Assembly (NCBI GenBank): GCA_965116925.1
Contig: OZ220744.1
Location: 5,931,757 to 5,995,756 of the forward strand
DNA length: 64,000 bases
Direction of reading: 5' to 3'
Source: Candidatus Poribacteria bacterium
GTDB taxonomy: Bacteria > Poribacteria > WGA-4E > PCPOR2b
The translations under genes were made by a program, and so were the position numbers. Below, piece by piece: positions 58,269 to 64,000 of the stretch; position 1 is the stretch's first letter, and each line of letters opens with the position of its first letter. The notes below the pieces were generated by a model that saw nothing but the letters and a program-made list of their open reading frames with translations, did no database searches and was not told where the DNA came from.

Positions 58269-59405
58269 CTAATGAGGATCAACCCTAAAGTGTTTTACCA
58301 CATCTTCATTCAACTCAAATCCCAGTCCCGGACGGTCAGGCACTTCGATAAAGCCGTCTGCATCAACCTCCATTGTCGGGGTTAGCAGCTCGGAGATGAT
58401 TGGCGAATCTGGAAATGCGATGGGCGTCTCAAAATACGGCATATTCGGGAGTACCGCAGCGAGATGGATTTCTGCCGCCACTCCGACGACATGGCACCAC
58501 GCGTGGGGTACACAAATCAGTCCCCTTCGATAAGCGGCTTCCGCAATCCGTGCAATTTCTCGAATTCCGCCTGAACGGACTGAACTGGGCTGCACCACAT
58601 CCACCCGTCCTTTCTCCATAATATCCTCAAACTCAAATCGTGTGGTGAAACCCCAATCGCCTACCGCAATGCGGGTATCTACCGCATCTGCCAACCGGGC
58701 ATAGCCGGCGAGATTGTCCGCTGGGAGGGGTGCCTCAATAAAGTACGGGCGATATTCTTCAATCGCACGGATCGAGGCGATGGCTTGTCCGACCTCGTAC
58801 CAGCAGTTCTGCACATCAATCAGGATTTCTCTGTCCTCACCGATGGTTTCACGGACGGCTCCCACAATTTCGGCATCGCGCTGTGTGCTGACATGTCCGA
58901 AACCGCCGGGCCACTCCTCTAACTTCATTGCATGAAAGTTCCGTTCCTTTGCCAATGTAAAACGTTCGACAATCTCCTCTACATCCTCACCCGGCGGGTA
59001 GACGGTCGCATAGGGCATCACCTTCTTTTTAATTTCGCCGGCTTCCCGCACGGTGCAGCAGGCGTGCCAGATCAGTTCACAGACCGGCTTGCCGAGTGCT
59101 TTGCCTGTAATATCCCAGAGTGCGGTCTCCACCGCTCCAATGGCAGCAATGGTGACGCCACGTCTCCCGAATAAGCCTGTGGCGGAGTACATTTTTTGCC
59201 ACAAGCGTTCAACTTGCAGCGGGTCTTCGCCGCCCAGAAGTCCTTGTAAGCCGCCGTCGGTGCGGATGATAGCATCAATCACCAGTGATGGGGATTCCGC
59301 CTGCCCAATCCCGGTGATACCTTCATCGGTATGCACGCGTACTAAGGTTTCGTCCGCTTTACCCGGATCTGTCAACGCAATGGTTTCTATTTCTGTGATT
59401 TTCAT
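58269..59405 (-). CDS. enolase-superfamily enzyme (mandelate racemase / muconate lactonizing / sugar-acid dehydratase-like)
   Basis: MKITEIETIAL...  capping domain. TIM-barrel metal ligands (D...E...D pattern). 378 aa. Confidence 0.75.
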   Translation of the reverse strand: MKITEIETIALTDPGKADETLVRVHTDEGITGIGQAESPSLVIDAIIRTDGGLQGLLGGEDPLQVERLWQKMYSATGLFGRRGVTIAAIGAVETALWDITGKALGKPVCELIWHACCTVREAGEIKKKVMPYATVYPPGEDVEEIVERFTLAKERNFHAMKLEEWPGGFGHVSTQRDAEIVGAVRETIGEDREILIDVQNCWYEVGQAIASIRAIEEYRPYFIEAPLPADNLAGYARLADAVDTRIAVGDWGFTTRFEFEDIMEKGRVDVVQPSSVRSGGIREIARIAEAAYRRGLICVPHAWCHVVGVAAEIHLAAVLPNMPYFETPIAFPDSPIISELLTPTMEVDADGFIEVPDRPGLGFELNEDVVKHFRVDPH

Positions 59406-59662
59406 TTTAGTTTAGCCTCTTATCTCTCGCTAGGAATGCCGTTCGATGGCGGATTATAGCACGTTTTCTGACGCTGAATCAAGTGGATGTTGCCTGACTA
59501 GAAGTTCTCTATGAAACAGTGAAGATGGAATCATTTACGGGCGAGGTCACCTCGCCCCTACGATTGATGCAGAACCTACCCTCGATCTTATCGGGACCCG
59601 CGTTGATTTCCGTAGGGATTGGGTTGCCCAACCCGTTGGCACCGTGCTGTAATTTGCATAAC

Positions 59663-59713
59663 GGTTACGGCATACGGCGTATGCCTACTACTATCTTAAC
59701 GCAAGTTGCTAGT
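59663..59713. repeat. palindromic repeat families F (GGTTACGGCATACGGCGTATGCCTACTAC) and G (AACGCAAGTTGCTAGTT)
   Basis: Family F copy also at 34752-34780. Family G also at 55525-55541, 25492-25508 (reverse complement) and in variant form at 59971-59992. Confidence 0.6.
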
Positions 59714-59807
59714 TGTATGTGACGCAGTAAAAGTCAGCTCCCAATATCCGTAGGTCGGGCATCATGGGTTTTAAGAAATTAAACGGGTAATTCTATATTT
59801 TCCCAGA

Positions 59808-59837
59808 CCCGGTAGGTGCGGTTTCCAACCGCACCGG
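59808..59837. repeat. family B core hairpin (CCCGGTAGGTGCGGTTTCCAACCGCACCGG)
   Basis: Same arms as 8349-8378. Upstream 59765-59807 resembles the 66-bp tandem unit at 6444-6575. Confidence 0.65.
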
Positions 59838-59893
59838 ACATCGCTCGGAAATTACCCAATTAATAAATTAATCTTCATCTTGCCCGACTCATA

Positions 59894-59967
59894 GCCCCAG
59901 CGGGGCGACATGTGTAAAGAAAATAGGATAAAACCAGCCTTAAAGCCCCAGCGGGGCGACATGTATG
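59894..59967. repeat. palindromic repeat family E, two units (GCCCCAGCGGGGCGACATGT)
   Basis: Reverse complement of the units at 32264-32331. Confidence 0.65.
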
Positions 59968-59996
59968 TGGTATCGTAACGCAACTAGCAACTTAGG

Positions 59997-61364
59997 TTAT
60001 CTTAGAAAAAATTGAGGGAGCAGTTCTTTTGACGCGAGGAGCAGCTCGTCGAGCATCGCTTCCGCTTTATCGGGCAGGATTGCCATTTCATCGATCAGCA
60101 ACGCCTGAAGTGCGAGGTTACGATCTCCCTTGACTGCAGCATCAGCGACCAGTTCGTGCCACACGAACCGTTTCTCCAGAATCCCTTTGAGCACCGGCGG
60201 CACCTCACCCATCTGTATTGCGCGCACGCCTCCAGAGTCCGTTACGCCCTCCAACTCGACTTCAGCCGTTGCGGGAAGGTTAGCGATTGCGCCTTGGTTG
60301 GCGACGTTGACGATATAAATCTCACGACGACCATTTGCAATGGCACCGATGAGGCTTGCGATGCCTTCGCCGGTGATCGAGTCGTCCTGCACGTCGGGCA
60401 ATTGGATCTCGTCCAGAAGCCCCTGATACTCCTTAAAGAATTCGGCACGAACTTCCGGTTCGGCAGGTGCTGCGGTCGGTTTGCCGGTTTCGTAGCCGTG
60501 TCCCAGAAGGCTCTCGTACATGCCGTAAGGTAAATTCTTCGGCCCGCCCTGCACCTGTGTCAAAAACGGGTAAAACTCTATAATGTGATCGTCGGACGGA
60601 TAAACGATATGATACCCGTAAATTTGTGATAACCTTGCACTGAGGACTCGCCCTTTCGGTGCTTGACGTTCGGCGACACGCCGCATCAATTCTGGATACA
60701 GGTCCTCTCCCTTGTGTAGAACGCGGGTGAACCAAAAATAATGATTCGTTCCGACCCACATGCAATCCAGTTCTGTAGGCGACACACCCAGAATCTCTGC
60801 CGCATACACGATCCCTGCTTGTACCCCGTGGCAGATGCCGATGACGTTCACGTCGGTATACTTGTGCATCGCGCGTAGTAGCGTTGCCATGGGGTTTGAA
60901 TGGTTAAACATGATAGCCTTGGGGCAACGCTTCTCCATCTCTTGACAGATGTTGATATAAGCGGGGATTGACCGTAGCGCCATCATCATCCCTGCCGGTC
61001 CGCAGGTGTCACCGATAACTTGAGAAATACCGTATTTCTCTGGGATGCGGATATCGGCGTTGTGGAAATATGAGTTGTAAACATTCCGCGTGATTTCGGC
61101 ACCGCTTCCGCCAATCGAAGAGATAGCGAAATCTGCACCATCAACGGCATCAACAAGGTCAATCGTCGAACGAATTTTGAATCTCGTTCCTGCGATTTCG
61201 GCTAAACGCCTTCCCATTGCCGCCATTCTTTCAACCTTTTCGCTGTCGATGTCGTAGAGGACGAGTTCCGAATCGCCCAGATCTTGACTCAACAGCAAAT
61301 CTGGTATTGCGCGGCGGAAATAGAGACTTCCACCGCCGAGACATACGATCTTTTTAGCTGGCAC
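59997..61364 (-). CDS. glycoside hydrolase family 4 (NAD/Mn-dependent 6-phospho-/alpha-glycosidase)
   Basis: N-terminal Rossmann KIVCLGGGS. GH4 catalytic Cys region (GICHG). 455 aa. Confidence 0.8.
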   Translation of the reverse strand: MPAKKIVCLGGGSLYFRRAIPDLLLSQDLGDSELVLYDIDSEKVERMAAMGRRLAEIAGTRFKIRSTIDLVDAVDGADFAISSIGGSGAEITRNVYNSYFHNADIRIPEKYGISQVIGDTCGPAGMMMALRSIPAYINICQEMEKRCPKAIMFNHSNPMATLLRAMHKYTDVNVIGICHGVQAGIVYAAEILGVSPTELDCMWVGTNHYFWFTRVLHKGEDLYPELMRRVAERQAPKGRVLSARLSQIYGYHIVYPSDDHIIEFYPFLTQVQGGPKNLPYGMYESLLGHGYETGKPTAAPAEPEVRAEFFKEYQGLLDEIQLPDVQDDSITGEGIASLIGAIANGRREIYIVNVANQGAIANLPATAEVELEGVTDSGGVRAIQMGEVPPVLKGILEKRFVWHELVADAAVKGDRNLALQALLIDEMAILPDKAEAMLDELLLASKELLPQFFLR

Positions 61365-61620
61365 AACAATACCTCCGTGGTGATAATGAATTAAGATTTT
61401 GGGCTGATTCTTTTGGCATGACTTTGGTTTGAATGGTCAGAAAATCGTCAACGGGATTTTGAACCAGCCCGGAATTTGTACGCATTTTATGATAGTTTTC
61501 AAAGGTTGTCAATACGAAGGATTCGGTTTTGATGTTGAGTTTTGACGGCTCCGGTTGTATAATTTACACAAGGATCGACGCAAGTTTAACCGAACTCGTT
61601 TTCAAGGAGGAATCACACCG

Positions 61621-62781
61621 ATGAAAAATCGAGTGGGAGCATTTTTAGCGAATCGATTGCCTCTCAAAGATGTGGAAGATCACATCAAAAAGCCGCTGCC
61701 GAGGCATATCAACTGGCTTTTCTCTCTGGGAAGTATGGCAGCCTTTTTGCTGATTCTTCAAGCAGTTACTGGGGCGTTTTTAGCGTTTTACTATTCGCCC
61801 TCACCTGACCACGCTTATAACGCTGTGAATTATATCAGCAAGGAGGTGGCTTTCGGCGGTTTTGTGCGCGGATTGCACCATTGGGGTGCCAGTGCGATGG
61901 TGATTGTTGTGTTTTTGCACCTACTGCGCGTTGTCGCTTACGCCTCCTATAAACCGCCGAGGGAGATGACGTGGGTCACCGGGGTCTTGATGTTCCTGAT
62001 CGTGTTGGGATTCGGTTTCACAGGTTATCTGCTGCCGTGGGATCAAAAGGCGTATTGGGCAACGGTGGTCGGCGTTAAAATTGCCGGCACTGCCCCTGTC
62101 ATCGGGGAATTTGTTGGGAAGGTGCTCCGTGGCGGGGAGGAGGTCGGTGCTGTTACCCTGACTCGGTTTTATGCGCTGCACACAATCTGGCTACCGTGGA
62201 TCGCTTTTGGGTTGGTTGGTGTGCATCTGTTTTTTGTGCGCTATTACGGTTCAGCGGGAACCCCCAAGAACGCTCCCGAAGATATGCGGTCGGGCAAACC
62301 GTTTTATCCGGATCAGCTCTTTGAGGATGCGGTCGCGATCTTGATCCTGTTCATCATCCTTGCCACGATGGCGATCTTTATCCCTGTGCCTCTCGAAGAG
62401 CTTGCTGACCCGACCGATGCTAGCTATGATCCGCGTCCGGAGTGGTATTTTCTGTTTTTGTTCCAGTTGCTCAAGTATTTTGAGGGACCTCTTGAGGTGG
62501 TTGGTACGTTTGTTATTCCTACGGTTGGGTTTATCCTGCTCCTTCTCCTTCCATTTTTGGATAGGAAAGAGGAGCGGACTTCCTTGCTGAAACGTCCTGT
62601 CGCGCTTGCGGTTACTTGTGTGTCTGTTGTGTTGATTGTGCTGCTTACCGTTCTTGGTGCGATTGCGCCTAGATTGGAGCCTGCTCCTGAGGAAACACCT
62701 GTGACTGAGGGGGCGGTGCCAACTCAAGAAGAGACTCAGGAGAAAAAGGAAGAGGCGGTTTTTGATTTTGGTTTGGATTAG
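61621..62781 (+). CDS. cytochrome b (bc-complex cytochrome b / b6-like)
   Basis: AGGAGG lies 7 nt before the ATG at 61621. His ligands in helices B and D (GLHHWGAS, FYALHT). PEW-like region (LPWDQ). The ORF opens at 61555. Confidence 0.75.
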   Translation: MKNRVGAFLANRLPLKDVEDHIKKPLPRHINWLFSLGSMAAFLLILQAVTGAFLAFYYSPSPDHAYNAVNYISKEVAFGGFVRGLHHWGASAMVIVVFLHLLRVVAYASYKPPREMTWVTGVLMFLIVLGFGFTGYLLPWDQKAYWATVVGVKIAGTAPVIGEFVGKVLRGGEEVGAVTLTRFYALHTIWLPWIAFGLVGVHLFFVRYYGSAGTPKNAPEDMRSGKPFYPDQLFEDAVAILILFIILATMAIFIPVPLEELADPTDASYDPRPEWYFLFLFQLLKYFEGPLEVVGTFVIPTVGFILLLLLPFLDRKEERTSLLKRPVALAVTCVSVVLIVLLTVLGAIAPRLEPAPEETPVTEGAVPTQEETQEKKEEAVFDFGLD

Positions 62782-62890
62782 GAATTGTCTGAATCAGGAT
62801 TTTTAGGATAGAAGGATAAACAGGATAAGGTAGGGCGACGTCCAAAGATTTTGGGAATGCCCTAACTTTGTTGCCGATAGTACATTAGAA

Positions 62891-63673
62891 GACTATAACA
62901 AGGCAATAGAACTTAACTCGCATTTTGTCGAGCCCTATTACAATCGCGGCGTCGCTTATCACGAAAGACACCAGTATGATCTTGCCATTAAGGATTATAC
63001 CATGGCAGTAGACTTGAAACCAGACCTTGCTGAAGCCTATACCAATCGCGGTATCGCTTACAACAACACAGGCGATTACGTCCGCGCCATTGAAGATCTT
63101 AACAAGGCGATAGGACTGAGCCCAGACCTTGCTGAAGCCTATTACAATCGCGGCAATGCTTACTACGAAAGACGGGAATTTGCTCAAAGTATCAAAGACT
63201 ATAGCAAGGCGATAGAACTGAAACCACAGCTTGCCGAAGCTTATTACAATCGTGGCGAGGCGTGGTTACATCTAGAAGAATGGGAAAAAGCCGAATCGGA
63301 TCTAGCAGATGCCAAGAGCATGGGGATAAATATCATAACTGCATTTGATTACCTCTATGAAAGCGTTGCGGACTTTGAGCAGAGTAATGGTGTTAAGCTA
63401 CCGAAAAACATTGCCGCAATGCTAACACCTCAAGTAATTGCCATGCGAAGAGGGGATTTACAACAGCGAATAATTAAGTTAATCGAGCAACTCCCGGCAG
63501 ATAAATTGCAAATGGTCATTGACTATCTGATAGATCTTCAAGACGAAGAAGAATGGGAGGCAACTCATGAATTGGCGGGCGATCCGGAAATTGCCAAGAA
63601 TTTAGAACGTGCAGAAGCAGATATGAAAGCGGGAAGGCTAAAGCGTTGGAATGATGTTAGACGGGACGTTTAA
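62891..63673 (+). CDS. TPR-repeat protein, possibly 5'-truncated, with DUF2281-like antitoxin-type C-terminal region
   Basis: TPR units continue in frame upstream of the only ATG (63002) back to 62834 with no start codon. C-terminal RIIKLIEQLPADKLQMVIDYLIDLQDEE resembles DUF2281. Confidence 0.4.
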   Translation, partial: DYNKAIELNSHFVEPYYNRGVAYHERHQYDLAIKDYTMAVDLKPDLAEAYTNRGIAYNNTGDYVRAIEDLNKAIGLSPDLAEAYYNRGNAYYERREFAQSIKDYSKAIELKPQLAEAYYNRGEAWLHLEEWEKAESDLADAKSMGINIITAFDYLYESVADFEQSNGVKLPKNIAAMLTPQVIAMRRGDLQQRIIKLIEQLPADKLQMVIDYLIDLQDEEEWEATHELAGDPEIAKNLERAEADMKAGRLKRWNDVRRDV

Positions 63674-63763
63674 TGTACAACTCACCGATGACGCAGAGAA
63701 GCATTACAACACGCTTGACGCCAACATGACGCGACGAGTGAGCCGAGCGATTAATCTCCTATA
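63674..63763 (+). pseudogene. remnant of RelE/ParE-family toxin N-terminus
   Basis: VQLTDDAEKHYNTLDANMTRRVSRAINLL* resembles the first 30 aa of RelE/ParE toxins and then terminates. Follows the antitoxin-like region. Confidence 0.3.
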
Positions 63764-64000
63764 GATGCGGCAAATTAAATCCGTAATAATCTGCGATTCA
63801 GACGATCTTTCTATTCATCGTTTCGATCTCTCAGTTCTTTAATACCATCTTGTATTTTGCATATCCCACCTTTAGTCCAATCCTATTGATAACCTTGGTC
63901 TATCTGTGCTCCAATAGTCCCCGCTTAATCCTTGACATGCCTCTTTGTAATGTTCTATACTGTCTGACCGAAAAGGAGGCTGTAATGTGGTGCGACAGAC

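Noticed and set aside
62885-63187. 100-aa minus-strand ORF
   Set aside because: It is antisense to the TPR coding region, and TPR periodicity is clear on the plus strand.
1-64000. tRNA, rRNA or tmRNA genes
   Set aside because: By eye I found no cloverleaf-like conserved segments (GTTCRANYC T-loop with matching acceptor stems). None can be supported without a tRNA scanner.

Overview
This 64-kb window (GC roughly 50%) comes from a bacterial chromosome. One 844-aa protein combines an esterase domain, dockerin repeats and a T9SS-type C-terminal sorting domain, which tentatively points to an FCB-group or candidate-phylum organism. The centre is a complete class 1 type I CRISPR-Cas locus, I-B-like by gene content and order, transcribed on the minus strand. 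From high to low coordinates it runs: WYL regulator (34561-33590), cas6 (33419-32481), an 820-bp gap with an antisense DUF104-like ORF, cas8 (31659-30163), cas7, cas5, cas3 with N-terminal HD nuclease plus helicase (28266-25909), an 870-bp gap with an antisense DUF433 ORF, cas1 (25040-23931), an inserted RAYT-like Y1 HUH transposase flanked by REP-like hairpins (23710-23144), cas2, cas4 (22847-22275), an AT-rich leader of about 400 bp, and a 60-repeat, 59-spacer array of 37-bp repeats (21873-17510). The array has a degenerate trailer repeat, two A-B-A duplicated-spacer blocks and a small SD-equipped ORF just beyond it. The adaptation genes are in a non-canonical order (cas1-[transposase]-cas2-cas4). 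The cas operon is punctuated by copies of a palindromic REP-like element (GAAACCGAGTTTTTTCTTCAAAACTCGGTTTC) that occurs at least 10 times in the window. At least five other short palindromic repeat families are also dispersed here. An in-frame Shine-Dalgarno plus ATG sits 121 codons before the cas8 stop, suggesting an internally translated Cas11 small subunit. Elsewhere the window holds: a TnpB-only IS605-family element with CCCGTCCTTTAGGRCGGGG end hairpins; two tandem paralogous signal-peptide membrane proteins with a triplicated LINxGGxWGTW motif next to a small OMP beta-barrel gene; two tandem ammonium transporters; and housekeeping or catabolic genes (homodimeric AceE-type E1, E1 alpha and beta subunits, acyl-CoA dehydrogenase, CoA-transferase, GH42, GH4, threonine aldolase, enolase-superfamily enzyme, two MFS transporters, CDF transporter, cytochrome b). 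All calls rest on reading the supplied six-frame translations and the raw sequence. No database search was possible.
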